A DNA stretch of 64,000 bases from an uncultured Candidatus Saccharibacteria bacterium (GCA_964634365.1 CAZWJU010000002.1:167150-231149), one strand, 5' to 3'. Numbered from the stretch's first letter, positions 7,994 through 17,867 are shown. A program made the numbers and translations. Notes: generated by a model not told the origin, from the sequence alone.

Positions 7994-8293
7994 TTATTGT
8001 TTGCGATTGAAATAAAATATATCTCCATCGAAAAAGTAAGTTCTTTGATTTAACAGGACATAAGGCACTCTCTCCTCGTCTATTTTGTTCCCCATTTTAC
8101 TTAAAATACAAATATCCAAGTTTTTATTTGTATTTTCAATTAAGCAAAAAGATTGAGTGAAGGGAAAAGAAGAATGTCTTTTAAGTCTATTTTTAATATT
8201 TTTAAACTGCTCTTCACTAATCGGCAAATTGCCTTCGATACAATTTAAAATGTTTGTAAAATTCATATCTGACTTTAAAATAAATTTTTCCAT
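7994..8293 (-). CDS. Hypothetical protein
   Basis: 99-aa ORF with TTGACA promoter upstream. Confidence 0.55.
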   Translation of the reverse strand: MEKFILKSDMNFTNILNCIEGNLPISEEQFKNIKNRLKRHSSFPFTQSFCLIENTNKNLDICILSKMGNKIDEERVPYVLLNQRTYFFDGDIFYFNRKQ

Positions 8294-8339
8294 ATACTGT
8301 TTTTTTGAAAAATAACATATATATATGCGTGTGTCAATA

Positions 8340-8528
8340 TCATATAAAAATAAAAAGCGCTCCGGGGGAGCGCTTTTGGTTCAAAGCCTTCACTACTTTG
8401 ATCGAAAGTAACACTGTTGCAGTCTGTGCCACAATCAATAAAACATAGGCAAGATTTTGATAACCCATAATAGCTACTACAATAGTTAAACAAGCTATTG
8501 TAGTAGCAGTAATTCTCAACGCTTTCAT
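8340..8528 (-). CDS. Small two-TM hypothetical protein
   Basis: Two hydrophobic segments; own TTGACA promoter. Confidence 0.5.
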   Translation of the reverse strand: MKALRITATTIACLTIVVAIMGYQNLAYVLLIVAQTATVLLSIKVVKALNQKRSPGALFIFI

Positions 8529-8648
8529 TGTACTTATTTTAAATTTAAAATATCACTATATTTCTTTCTTGTCAAGTTAAAGCTGGTTTCTGATTACAAA
8601 AATACAAATAAAAAAACGCTCTCTTGGGAGCGCTTTTGGGCGGACGCT

Positions 8649-9905
8649 TTATATTTTTATGAAAGAAAAAACTTTTCCTTCGATAAGAATATAATATGTT
8701 CCTGCCGGTATACTGAGACAATCAAAAACTTTTCTATTATCAACTTCATTGACCATCAAATATATCTCTTCTGACAAAGAAAATATTCTGATGTTTTTTC
8801 CGGCTCCATTTTCGATGACAAGAAATTCTGTTACAGGATTTGGAAAAATCCTAACTTCACTTTCTGATAAATCTTCTATTCCGTCTTCGTAACAAGAGGG
8901 GAGCGAAATGATTCCTGGAGAATGGATGTCTGCTCCATACGTGAAAGACCCGCCTACATAGACAAAGTCTTCATTTGCAGATAGCGAATATCCATTTCCA
9001 TCGAGCCCTCGATCAGTCTGAACAATCTCTTTTGTGGAGCGTTCAAACATTGCGAAGTTTTCAGCATCGCAATTACCGAAATTTGTAAAACTCCCAACAG
9101 TAAAGACGAAACAATCTGTTGCCTCGATCGCAAGGATATTTCCATCACTTGAAAATATGGAGTCCATATCTCCATCGTCCTTGAATTCAGATAAAATCCC
9201 GTATTCCGACGGAGGAGAAAAACTGGTAGAGGAAACATATATCCTGTCTCCTCCATCTGCCCAAGAAATAAAATATTCTCCCTCGGGAAACACATATTTT
9301 ACTTCCCAAACAGAGTCTTCTAATTCTAGTATTTTTTCTTCTCCAAAATCATTTGTAACACAATATTTTTTATCACCCGAGACAACAAACGAAACCAGGC
9401 TTTCTGTTTCTGGAGAGATAAGCGAGCCCATTTCTCCTGTTGCTGGAATAAAAAAGTGGATCAACGAAGGGGACAGTGTATCGGCAATATAAATTCCTGA
9501 TCTAAAAATAAATATTGTGTCTTCTTTGATCAAAAGATCGGAAATACCTTCTGATTTGCAAACAATATTCCAAGAGCAGGATTCTTCCATTTCCAGAATG
9601 TATTTACTTTCGGTATAGAAATAAAACTTATTGCCATAAGCGACACCGTGAGCTATCTCACCAAGTGAATCGGGAAGCGGACAAGTAAGCCAGTTTTCAA
9701 AAAATAAATCCCCAAAAACGACAGGATCGCCAGCGGAAGATGTCCGACCAACACATAGATTGTTCCCATCTAAACTAACAACAGAAACATAGTCGCCGGA
9801 TTCTTGATCTGGTAGATAATTACTCTCCCAAACAGGGATAAAATTTTGTGCATTTACTGTGCAACAGAAAAACACAGAAAATAAAATTAGTATAAGTTTT
9901 TTCAT
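8649..9905 (-). CDS. Secreted beta-rich protein with T9SS type A C-terminal sorting domain
   Basis: Signal peptide ending VNA|Q; C-terminus IFPNPV...IPAGTYYILI...SFIKI. Confidence 0.8.
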   Translation of the reverse strand: MKKLILILFSVFFCCTVNAQNFIPVWESNYLPDQESGDYVSVVSLDGNNLCVGRTSSAGDPVVFGDLFFENWLTCPLPDSLGEIAHGVAYGNKFYFYTESKYILEMEESCSWNIVCKSEGISDLLIKEDTIFIFRSGIYIADTLSPSLIHFFIPATGEMGSLISPETESLVSFVVSGDKKYCVTNDFGEEKILELEDSVWEVKYVFPEGEYFISWADGGDRIYVSSTSFSPPSEYGILSEFKDDGDMDSIFSSDGNILAIEATDCFVFTVGSFTNFGNCDAENFAMFERSTKEIVQTDRGLDGNGYSLSANEDFVYVGGSFTYGADIHSPGIISLPSCYEDGIEDLSESEVRIFPNPVTEFLVIENGAGKNIRIFSLSEEIYLMVNEVDNRKVFDCLSIPAGTYYILIEGKVFSFIKI

Positions 9906-9978
9906 ATCAAAGTGCTTTGCAGTGTATTATCTCACACAAAAAATAAAAAACTCTGCTGTGTGCAGAGTTTTGGTAAAA

Positions 9979-10140
9979 TTAAACGTATCTTTTGTTGGGA
10001 GTGGATTTAATGACTAAAACAAATCCAGCAATAACCGCTATTCCGAAAACTATTCCTGAATAAATAAAATTTCCTGTAACTGCTGATGCAGTAAATCCGG
10101 ATACAGCAAGAACGCTAATTGAGATAACAATTTTTTTCAT
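9979..10140 (-). CDS. Small two-TM protein (53 aa, below ORF-track cutoff)
   Basis: MKKIVISISVLAVSGFTASAVTGNFIYSGIVFGIAVIAGFVLVIKSTPNKRYV. Confidence 0.5.
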   Translation of the reverse strand: MKKIVISISVLAVSGFTASAVTGNFIYSGIVFGIAVIAGFVLVIKSTPNKRYV

Positions 10141-10305
10141 TATTTGATTTTTTTGAGTTAAATAAAAAGTTTAAATTTTAGTGAGATAGGCAAACCGTAT
10201 AGTCATAGCCTATCTGCCATATATGACGTATGAAACAGTATTTTGTGACAAAGGCAAAATAGCCTTATAAAACAAAGTAAAAAGGATGCAAAATGCATCC
10301 TTTGT

Positions 10306-11190
10306 TTAAAATCTTTTAAACAATCTTCTCTTTGGTAAAACTGCGACAAGGGGTGCTGTATGATGTATGTATTTATCTATAGAAACAGGTTTGAGTCCTG
10401 GCTCTGTATAACATACTTCTATTTCACAAACCTCTTGTGGTGATATGTACAATAAAGCAAGTGTTGTATCAACTTTTTCCAACAAAGATTTTCTAATTGC
10501 TAAAAGTTCTTCTTTTGTAAAAGACTTACCAAAACATCTTTTCTGATGTGCTGGGCTAGCATAAACACTGTCGGACAAAACTTGATCTATGTCGTACATA
10601 TTTCTTTCGGTTAATCCAAATTTTTCCATCAATACAGGATCTATAAAGCGTATACCGTCTGAGCGCCTGCCTCTGGTATAAAAACCAGGGTGTGGATTTT
10701 TAGGATCGTTTGGATACCAACACGCAGCACTTGCGTGCGATATTATATTTTTATCTATAATATCTGGGTATTTTCTTTTCAGAGAGTCATTCAACCATCT
10801 ACCTGCTTTTATTTGCATATCGGTAAGTGGCTCATCAAAATACCCAACGTATTCAATGCCTATAAAAAATCGTGACAAGCTAGTGTCTCCTTCATAATAC
10901 GAATCACCCGCATGATCAGCCGCCCGCCAATCGTCGCATATAAGTTCAATACGCCCAGCGCGATTGATCAAATAATTTGTCATCGGAGGACCGTAGTTTA
11001 TACACTGAAGCCAGGTACGACATCCAGGCCAGTCACCTTGGGTATCGTGATTGATTATGCCTATAGTCTTTTCTCTGGGAGGGGTTTCGTCGTTAAACCT
11101 ACTGCGCTCATCATGAATTACAAAAGTGTCTTGTGAGTAAAGTGGTAGCAATAAAACTACACACATTACACAAAAAAAGATTTTTTTCAT
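10306..11190 (-). CDS. Secreted N-acetylmuramoyl-L-alanine amidase (Amidase_2/AmpD-like)
   Basis: IINHDT, NYLI..G.I, HAG, IGIEY, IISH; signal peptide from MKKIFF. Confidence 0.8.
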   Translation of the reverse strand: MKKIFFCVMCVVLLLPLYSQDTFVIHDERSRFNDETPPREKTIGIINHDTQGDWPGCRTWLQCINYGPPMTNYLINRAGRIELICDDWRAADHAGDSYYEGDTSLSRFFIGIEYVGYFDEPLTDMQIKAGRWLNDSLKRKYPDIIDKNIISHASAACWYPNDPKNPHPGFYTRGRRSDGIRFIDPVLMEKFGLTERNMYDIDQVLSDSVYASPAHQKRCFGKSFTKEELLAIRKSLLEKVDTTLALLYISPQEVCEIEVCYTEPGLKPVSIDKYIHHTAPLVAVLPKRRLFKRF

Positions 11191-11274
11191 ATATGTAGTT
11201 TTAAATGTACTAATTCTAGTGTACAAAATAATTTTATAAAAAGAAAAGACCCGCTAATGGGGTCTTTGGTGTTT

Positions 11275-11727
11275 TTAGTTTGTTATTGTTTTTATTTCAT
11301 CTTCTTTTGGTTTTAGATTTGTGTAGACCAAAAGCATGAATATATAAACATAAATAGATAGAAACACAACAACAATTGCGGCGTTTGCCACGCTTACGTC
11401 AGATGAAAAAAAACTAATGTTTTGCGCATCTGGATATATCTTGTAAACCAAAAAACCAACAGAATTCAAAACAATAAACCACAAAAAGAAGCTGGCGATA
11501 GTTAAAAAACCTAACTTTCTGAAATTTTTTTTCTTTGATACATCGTCAGTATCTCTTTCTTTTAAAGTCAGAGAGCGTTTGGTGTGTACAAACCATAGAG
11601 AATACAAAACCGAAGATACAATTAAAATCGGCATCGATTCTATGGGCGAGAAAAACAACGCCGCAAAAATCAAGCAAATGACCGTCTGCCAAACAGGTAG
11701 GGTAAAGATAAAAAAACTTTTATTCAT
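11275..11727 (-). CDS. Four-TM membrane protein
   Basis: Hydrophobic segments; own promoter and terminator. Confidence 0.6.
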   Translation of the reverse strand: MNKSFFIFTLPVWQTVICLIFAALFFSPIESMPILIVSSVLYSLWFVHTKRSLTLKERDTDDVSKKKNFRKLGFLTIASFFLWFIVLNSVGFLVYKIYPDAQNISFFSSDVSVANAAIVVVFLSIYVYIFMLLVYTNLKPKEDEIKTITN

Positions 11728-11796
11728 ACGTATGCGATTTTAAAATGAACAATTAGATGAGACTAAAATATAACCTGAAAAATACCCTTTGTCAAA

Positions 11797-12561
11797 TTAC
11801 TCAATAGAATCCCACATAAATTGAAATAGCGTCAGGAACGTATTTGCGATATCAGTGTTTTCAATAATCGTGGTGACCATAGCATCTTTGTTTTTAACAG
11901 AAGTTATACTAACCTTGCCTTTGTAAATCAAGATGTAAGCTGGCAAGACAAATTTATCTTTTGGGATTATTTTACGAGTTATATTACGCTCCATATCATG
12001 CGAATACACAACACTAGACATATGCTCTAGTTTTGGAGTTAAGACGTACGACCTAATACCAGCTTGCGATTGTTTCTTTAGTTGTTCGCTTATGAGTGTG
12101 CGAAGCTCTTTGTTTTCGTGGTCGTAGAGAGATCTGAAAACAAATACTTCTTTTACGTTTTTCAAAATATCTGAATAGGTTTCTCTTATACCATCGAAAC
12201 CTTCAAAGAATTTTACATGCGGACGAGAATGTAGAGTGTTGAAGTCGCTTACAAGATGTTCTATTACTTTTCCATAGGCTAGGCTCGCTTCATCTGCGAG
12301 AAGTTTTTTCTCTTCAGCAACTCTTTTGATACTTTCTGGATGTTTTGCTCTCCATAACGCAACCTTTCCTATGTTTTCTACTTTTTCACACAAGCCGATA
12401 GCAGTGAGTTGGTCTAGCACATAGTAAGTAAGCTCTCTACCTACTCCAGCATTTTTAGAAATATTACGAACAGGTAAAAGAGGGGACGAGAGGAGCACTT
12501 CATATATAAGAGCCTGCTCTCGGGTTAATCCTATGCGAATTAGTTCATTTGTGTAGTTCAT
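11797..12561 (-). CDS. TrmB-family regulator
   Basis: GLTREQALIY...RELTYYVLDQL; FFEGFDGI. Confidence 0.85.
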   Translation of the reverse strand: MNYTNELIRIGLTREQALIYEVLLSSPLLPVRNISKNAGVGRELTYYVLDQLTAIGLCEKVENIGKVALWRAKHPESIKRVAEEKKLLADEASLAYGKVIEHLVSDFNTLHSRPHVKFFEGFDGIRETYSDILKNVKEVFVFRSLYDHENKELRTLISEQLKKQSQAGIRSYVLTPKLEHMSSVVYSHDMERNITRKIIPKDKFVLPAYILIYKGKVSITSVKNKDAMVTTIIENTDIANTFLTLFQFMWDSIE

Positions 12562-12726
12562 ATTGTAAAATCTTATTTACAATTTAATACTATTAAAATG
12601 CATGTATTTTGTCAATAAGTAAAGGCTTATATACTTGTTAGCAAAAAAACGTAAAAAATCTATTACATTTTATATTTATAACCTGTATAGTCAGGATAGA
12701 TTCATTTCATTTAAAACAAAATAACT

Positions 12727-12957
12727 ATGGAAGTAATATTTACACAGAAAATCTCAAATTGTATTGACTGCCCATTTCATAAAGTTTTACCGGACCCTGA
12801 TCCAGACGACTGGTTCTGTGACGACGATATGAAAGTGGTTTGCACAAAAAAAGAAAACAAAGAAATCACTTGTGCATGCAGACCTTACAATCTAAGAAAA
12901 GAATCTGAGGTACCAACATGGTGCCCGCTAACTGAAACCGAAAAACAAGAAAAATGA
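12727..12957 (+). CDS. Small Cys-rich, probably metal-binding protein
   Basis: CIDCPF...C...C...CAC...WCPL; ATGA overlap with next gene. Confidence 0.7.
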   Translation: MEVIFTQKISNCIDCPFHKVLPDPDPDDWFCDDDMKVVCTKKENKEITCACRPYNLRKESEVPTWCPLTETEKQEK

Positions 12958-13592
12958 AAGAAAATAGAAACACATTTATTGAAAGACTGAAAAGACATGG
13001 TGCGAGTAGTTCTGATATGGACATGATTATGCTTGCATATGATATATCCAAAGAAGCCCACAGAACTCATACTCGTGATAGCGGTGAAAGATATTTTGAA
13101 CATCCTAGAGCTCTCGTGATTATCGCTCTTGATGAACTTAACTGGTACGACAGAGATGTAATATGTGCATTGTTCTTGCACGATGCAGGGGAGGACTCTC
13201 CGATATTTGGGAACAGAAGTATTGGATGGGAAAATTTTGTAAGGACTGCAAAATATCGTATCGGTAGAATGTTCAACGAAAATATTGCGGCGATAGTGAT
13301 AGCACTTACAAAACCAGAGGTTGATGGTATTCTATTTTTCTCCAAAAAAGAAACCACTGAGTACTATCTGTCGAATATTGTAAAAAGAGAAAAAGTTATT
13401 CGCTGCAAAGGCATAGACAGACTTCACAATCTTCGAACACTGCCAAATTGTACTGCAAAAAAGATTACGAGGATGATCATAGAAACTGAGGAGAAATACA
13501 TTCCCTTGTTTGGTACAAACAATGAAGAAATCGATGTGTTAATCATGCAAAAAATTAACACTGAGTTGGAAAATCTTCATCAGTTAGTATAG
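12954..13592 (+). CDS. Small alarmone hydrolase-like HD protein (RelA/SpoT hydrolase domain)
   Basis: AH...R.SGE.Y.EHP, LHDAGED, LTK, K..DRLHNLRTL. Confidence 0.85.
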   Translation: MKENRNTFIERLKRHGASSSDMDMIMLAYDISKEAHRTHTRDSGERYFEHPRALVIIALDELNWYDRDVICALFLHDAGEDSPIFGNRSIGWENFVRTAKYRIGRMFNENIAAIVIALTKPEVDGILFFSKKETTEYYLSNIVKREKVIRCKGIDRLHNLRTLPNCTAKKITRMIIETEEKYIPLFGTNNEEIDVLIMQKINTELENLHQLV

Positions 13593-13622
13593 TAAAACCC
13601 GCAAATATTTGCGGGTTTATTT

Positions 13623-14405
13623 TTATATAATTTTGTGCAAGTTTTGTTTGAACTCCTCGAACGTAATGTCCTCAAAACGGACAGAGTATGCCCAATCTAT
13701 GACTCTCTCGGGCCAAGACATTATTGTTTTTAAAGACTCGAAAGGATCTTGAAATATCTTTCTTGCACCACTGGTTAGAAAAACCTCTCCTGTTATAGAA
13801 GCTTTTTCTAAAGTTTTAAGAAACTTTAATTGCTCAGAGTGAATAAACCCGAACGGAGTTAGCAGTGAACCATTGCGCTCTCGATTGAATTCATCAACCA
13901 ATCCCATAGTTGCCCACAGCCAATATTCTGGACCTTTTCCGATAGATGCTATATCAGCATCTTGGACTATGCATACCCACAGGTCTGAAGACTTACCATG
14001 TGCAGAAAATTTAGTTGAGAGTATTAAGTCTCGGATTCTCTGCTGAGCAATTCTGGTAGGCACTCCACAGATTTTAAAATCTTCTTTTGATAGGGCGCTC
14101 ATCATACGGGTAGCTGCACGCTCCTCGTCGTTTGGACGATGTACTCCACGATGATCTGCGTCGTGAAAAAGTAGAGCAAGGGCAATTGTGTTGATCTCTT
14201 CTCGATTACATCCACAAGCTTCTGCGATCAGAATCCCACTCTCGGTCACACCAAGTGCATGACCAAATCCATGATATGGATTTGGTATAGCAGACTTTTG
14301 GGCTTTGTTGATAATATCAATTGAAATATCTGTATGCTCTAAAATAAATTTAATTTTTTCTTCGTTTGCACGAATGCGAAAATATTTTACTTCTTTTGTT
14401 TGCAT
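13623..14405 (-). CDS. HD-domain phosphohydrolase, class I PDE-like motif
   Basis: NPYHGFGHA...LFHDADHRG...DADI. Confidence 0.75.
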   Translation of the reverse strand: MQTKEVKYFRIRANEEKIKFILEHTDISIDIINKAQKSAIPNPYHGFGHALGVTESGILIAEACGCNREEINTIALALLFHDADHRGVHRPNDEERAATRMMSALSKEDFKICGVPTRIAQQRIRDLILSTKFSAHGKSSDLWVCIVQDADIASIGKGPEYWLWATMGLVDEFNRERNGSLLTPFGFIHSEQLKFLKTLEKASITGEVFLTSGARKIFQDPFESLKTIMSWPERVIDWAYSVRFEDITFEEFKQNLHKII

Positions 14406-14490
14406 GTTTTACGATTCTTTTTTGAAAGTAGCATTTTGAATACAAAATTGCAAAAGTTAAACCCTCGGCAAATGTCGAGGGTTGTATATT

Positions 14491-15027
14491 TTAAGCTGCT
14501 GCTCTTTTTTTAATCACATTTTCAATTGGCACCAGCCAAGAATTGTCTTCTGCGATCAGTTTTTTAACTGCATCGAGAACCTCAGTCCCTTGAGTTATTG
14601 TTACAAGTGGGTGAGTATCCAGCTCTTCAATCAGGAAATCTTCTTTGCTCTCAGTGTTCATAGAACTCCCTGCGAGCCCTAAGATATCGACAGCAACTTC
14701 TTCGTCTTGTTTTTTCTTGCTCTCCTCGTACCAAGCATCGCGCTTGTTTTTTGTGTCCTGGTGAATAGAATCTCCTACATACTCAAGATACAAATAATCG
14801 ATCTCAACTTGCTCTAAATAAGAGAGCTTGTTGATGATGGTGGGGTATATGTGCATACCCAGAATATTTTTGAAATTTCTTTTATCCTTCTCAAGTTCTT
14901 TGACTTGAAAATTTTGCTCTTCGCGCCGATCTGTCCGATCTTTTTGTCGAGCAAAAAATTTACTTAGCTCGCGGTAAATTTCTTTACCACCCGCACCATA
15001 CTTCAACCAATCAAAATCAAAAAGCAT
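14491..15027 (-). CDS. Hypothetical protein
   Basis: 178-aa ORF with own promoter and terminator. Confidence 0.6.
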   Translation of the reverse strand: MLFDFDWLKYGAGGKEIYRELSKFFARQKDRTDRREEQNFQVKELEKDKRNFKNILGMHIYPTIINKLSYLEQVEIDYLYLEYVGDSIHQDTKNKRDAWYEESKKKQDEEVAVDILGLAGSSMNTESKEDFLIEELDTHPLVTITQGTEVLDAVKKLIAEDNSWLVPIENVIKKRAAA

Positions 15028-15096
15028 ATATTATGTTTAATATGTTAAATGAACTATGTACACAATAGCACATTTTTTGTATAAAGTCAAATATAT

Positions 15097-15894
15097 TTAG
15101 TCTTTGATTTCCAGGAGAATAGGGCAGTGATCGGACCCGATTTGTTCAGATAAAATCTGGGATTTGGTGATTTTTGAGGTAAGTTTTTTGGATGTAAAAA
15201 AGTAATCTATGCGCCAACCTATATTTCTTGCGCGTGCGGCTGCAAAGTGACTCCACCAAGTATAGTGACCACCATCTTTTGTAAAAATACGAAAAGCATC
15301 TACAAATCCAGAGGAGATTATGTTATCTATTCCGCTTCTTTCCTCGTCGGTAAAACCTTTCTTGCCGATATTTTCTTTTGGACGAGCTAGATCTAGGGGA
15401 GTGTGTGCAACATTTAAGTCCCCACAAAAAATAACAGGCTTTTGCTTTTCCAAACTCAAAACATATTCTAGAAATGCCTTGTCCCACTTTTTGTATCTGA
15501 GTGGAATTCGTGACAGATCATCTTTAGAATTTGGAGTATATACTGTAACAACAAAAAATTTCTTAAATTCTAGCGCTATTAAACGACCCTCAGTATTTGG
15601 GTCACCGTATTTATCTTTCAAGGTAGAGTATTTTTTTACGATTTCTTTTGGGATATCTAGTAGGACTTTTTCGGGTTTTATTTTTGAAAAAATTGCTGTT
15701 CCACTATAGCCTGGGCGTTTTGCAGAATTCCAATACTCTTCATACTCAGGCAGATCAACTTCTGACTGATGCTCTTCTGCTTTTGTTTCTTGTAAACAAA
15801 CTATGTCTGGATTGTACTTTTTTATAAAAGGAACAAAAAGACCCTTTTTATGTACCGATCGTATTCCGTTTACATTCCATGAAATTATTTTCAT
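15097..15894 (-). CDS. xth: Exodeoxyribonuclease III
   Basis: MKIISWNVNG, LQETK, CGDLNVAH, GWRIDY, SDHCP; start reassigned to 15894. Confidence 0.95.
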   Translation of the reverse strand: MKIISWNVNGIRSVHKKGLFVPFIKKYNPDIVCLQETKAEEHQSEVDLPEYEEYWNSAKRPGYSGTAIFSKIKPEKVLLDIPKEIVKKYSTLKDKYGDPNTEGRLIALEFKKFFVVTVYTPNSKDDLSRIPLRYKKWDKAFLEYVLSLEKQKPVIFCGDLNVAHTPLDLARPKENIGKKGFTDEERSGIDNIISSGFVDAFRIFTKDGGHYTWWSHFAAARARNIGWRIDYFFTSKKLTSKITKSQILSEQIGSDHCPILLEIKD

Positions 15895-15955
15895 AAAAGC
15901 ATTATAACAATATAAAGCATTTGACAAAAAAACTTCTTTGGAATAATATCTCTGC

Positions 15956-16156
15956 CAAGGGTTATTTAAAGGGTATTGTTTTACGCACAAGGTATCAGCT
16001 TGATTTGGGTTTCGCTACCTTATCTCTGGCTGAGTACGCCTGTATGTTCGCTCCCGAAGCGTTCGTGCTGGTCAAGATGACCTTGTAACACAGAAACTCC
16101 TCCGAGTCTGTGACGTAAACAATTAGGATTGGGTTCGCAAGAACTCAATCCTTTTT
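15956..16156 (+). ncRNA. Candidate ~200 nt structured RNA upstream of tRNA-Trp
   Basis: TTGACA-N17-TAATAT at 15921-15949; nested stems; terminator 16125-16156. Confidence 0.55.
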
Positions 16157-16177
16157 ATTTCAAAAAATATTTTGAAA

Positions 16178-16250
16178 GCGAAGGTAGCTCAGTTGGCAGA
16201 GCATCGGTCTCCAAAACCGAGGGTCGTGGGTTCGAGTCCCACCTTTCGCG
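16178..16250 (+). tRNA. tRNA-Trp(CCA)
   Basis: GCGAAGG...TCGGT-CTCCAAA-ACCGA...GTTCGAGTC...CTTTCGC-G. Confidence 0.95.
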
Positions 16251-16279
16251 CGAAACCTGAAACATTTTGTTTCAGGTTT

Positions 16280-16927
16280 TTATTTTTTACGAAAAATAGT
16301 TACTAGATAAGCTAGATTTTCGCGACCTTTTATATAATCGATTTTTTTATGCTCTAGTGTGGCGCTATCTCTAAAAAGATTGATTAGTTCATCTGGTGTA
16401 AAGAAGTGGTACAAGACGCCCTCGTTTTTAAAATCTCCATTTAAATCTTTTTTTGGGTTCCATTTTAGGTATTTGTCTGTTTCTCTAGATAGTAATACTA
16501 ATAAAAAGTATCCTCCACTTTTTAAAACTCTCAGGGATTCTCGTATATAAGTCGGCCAATCATTTTTATCTAAATGCTGGAGCAGTCCGAAATCTACAAC
16601 ACCATCAAAACTATTGTCTGCAAAAGGAATATCTAAAACATCTCCTTCTATAAATCGAATCTTGTCAGATATTTTATTTATTTTTATTTCGTCATTGTTT
16701 TTTTGAACTATATCTTTTACATACTCAAGCCCAATAACTCTAAAACCTAAATTTACTAGCTCAAAAGGAAATCTTCCACGACCACTGCCGAGGTCTAGTA
16801 TCATAGCGTTTGGTGCTAGGTAGGGCAGGAGGTCTTTGCCTTTTAGTTCATATGGGGTATGAGTCCAAATATCAGAACCTGTTCTGTATGCACGTTCAAA
16901 ATATTCTTTTTGTGTTTTGTAATCCAT
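16280..16927 (-). CDS. Class I SAM-dependent methyltransferase
   Basis: ILDLGSGRG, GDVLDIPFADNSFD, RVLKSGG. Confidence 0.9.
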   Translation of the reverse strand: MDYKTQKEYFERAYRTGSDIWTHTPYELKGKDLLPYLAPNAMILDLGSGRGRFPFELVNLGFRVIGLEYVKDIVQKNNDEIKINKISDKIRFIEGDVLDIPFADNSFDGVVDFGLLQHLDKNDWPTYIRESLRVLKSGGYFLLVLLSRETDKYLKWNPKKDLNGDFKNEGVLYHFFTPDELINLFRDSATLEHKKIDYIKGRENLAYLVTIFRKK

Positions 16928-16952
16928 TGTCTTATATCATACAACATTAAAT

Positions 16953-17867
16953 TTATTTCTTTGAATGAAATTTTTTATGAACATCGCGAAGCTGCTTGTC
17001 GGTAACATGGGTATATATCTGAGTAGTAGCAATATTTGCATGCCCTAACATCATCTGTACAGAACGTATGTCTGCACCGTTTGAAAGCAGGTCAGTTGCA
17101 AAAGAGTGGCGTATTACATGCGGAGTAACTTTTTTAGAGATACCGGCTTTAATTGCATAGTGTTTTACGATTCTCTCGATTGATCTTTGTGTTAGCCGAC
17201 CACCGCTTTGGCCTTTGTTTCTTGCATGCTGAACAAACATTGGTTCGTCTGTGTCAGTACGCTTTTTCAAATAATCACGAATAGCAGATTTTGCGGAATC
17301 TGATAAAAAAACCACACGAACCTTTTCACCCTTTCCACGAATTGAAAACTCATCTTTAGATAAATCTAAATCTCGATTTAGAGAACACAACTCGGATAAA
17401 CGCAATCCTGTTGAGAAAAATAATTCTAATATAGCTCTATCTCGCAATGATTTTAAATCATCTTTGTCTGGAGCTTTCAGTAGGCGATTTAATTCTTCGA
17501 CAGTTATCAGGTCTAGATGTCTCTCTTTTATTTTAGCGAGCTCTATCGCATCTGGAGAGATTGCTTGTATACCTCGCTTCATTAGATATTTTAAAAACCT
17601 GCGAAGAGCGATTAGGTAGTAGTTTTGAGTGTTTTTCTTCATTGTGGCACTAGACTGTCCACGTACATGTATCCCTGGCTGCCTGTTTAAATACAATCTG
17701 TATTCACGAATTGAATCGTCGGTTATATCTTTTAGACTGTCAGATTTTATAAACTCAAAAAAACGAGACAGGTACCTATCATAATTTGAAACTGTATTGA
17801 GACTTGCTCCACGTTCAATTTCCATGTATTCCAAAAATTGACGTTTTAGATTTTGAACCTCTGACAT
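16953..17867 (-). CDS. xerC: XerC/D-type tyrosine recombinase
   Basis: TGLRLSE, GKGEKVR, HVIRHSFAT, LGHANIATTQIY. Confidence 0.9.
   Translation of the reverse strand: MSEVQNLKRQFLEYMEIERGASLNTVSNYDRYLSRFFEFIKSDSLKDITDDSIREYRLYLNRQPGIHVRGQSSATMKKNTQNYYLIALRRFLKYLMKRGIQAISPDAIELAKIKERHLDLITVEELNRLLKAPDKDDLKSLRDRAILELFFSTGLRLSELCSLNRDLDLSKDEFSIRGKGEKVRVVFLSDSAKSAIRDYLKKRTDTDEPMFVQHARNKGQSGGRLTQRSIERIVKHYAIKAGISKKVTPHVIRHSFATDLLSNGADIRSVQMMLGHANIATTQIYTHVTDKQLRDVHKKFHSKK

Noticed and set aside
16121-16140. T-box riboswitch
   Set aside because: AATTAGGATTGGGTTCGC lacks the UGGNACC antiterminator bulge; it is the 5' arm of a terminator.
16953-17867. Integron integrase or island integrase beside tRNA-Trp
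   Set aside because: Length and motifs fit chromosomal XerC/D, no IntI-specific insertion is evident, and tRNA-Trp shows no 3' duplication.
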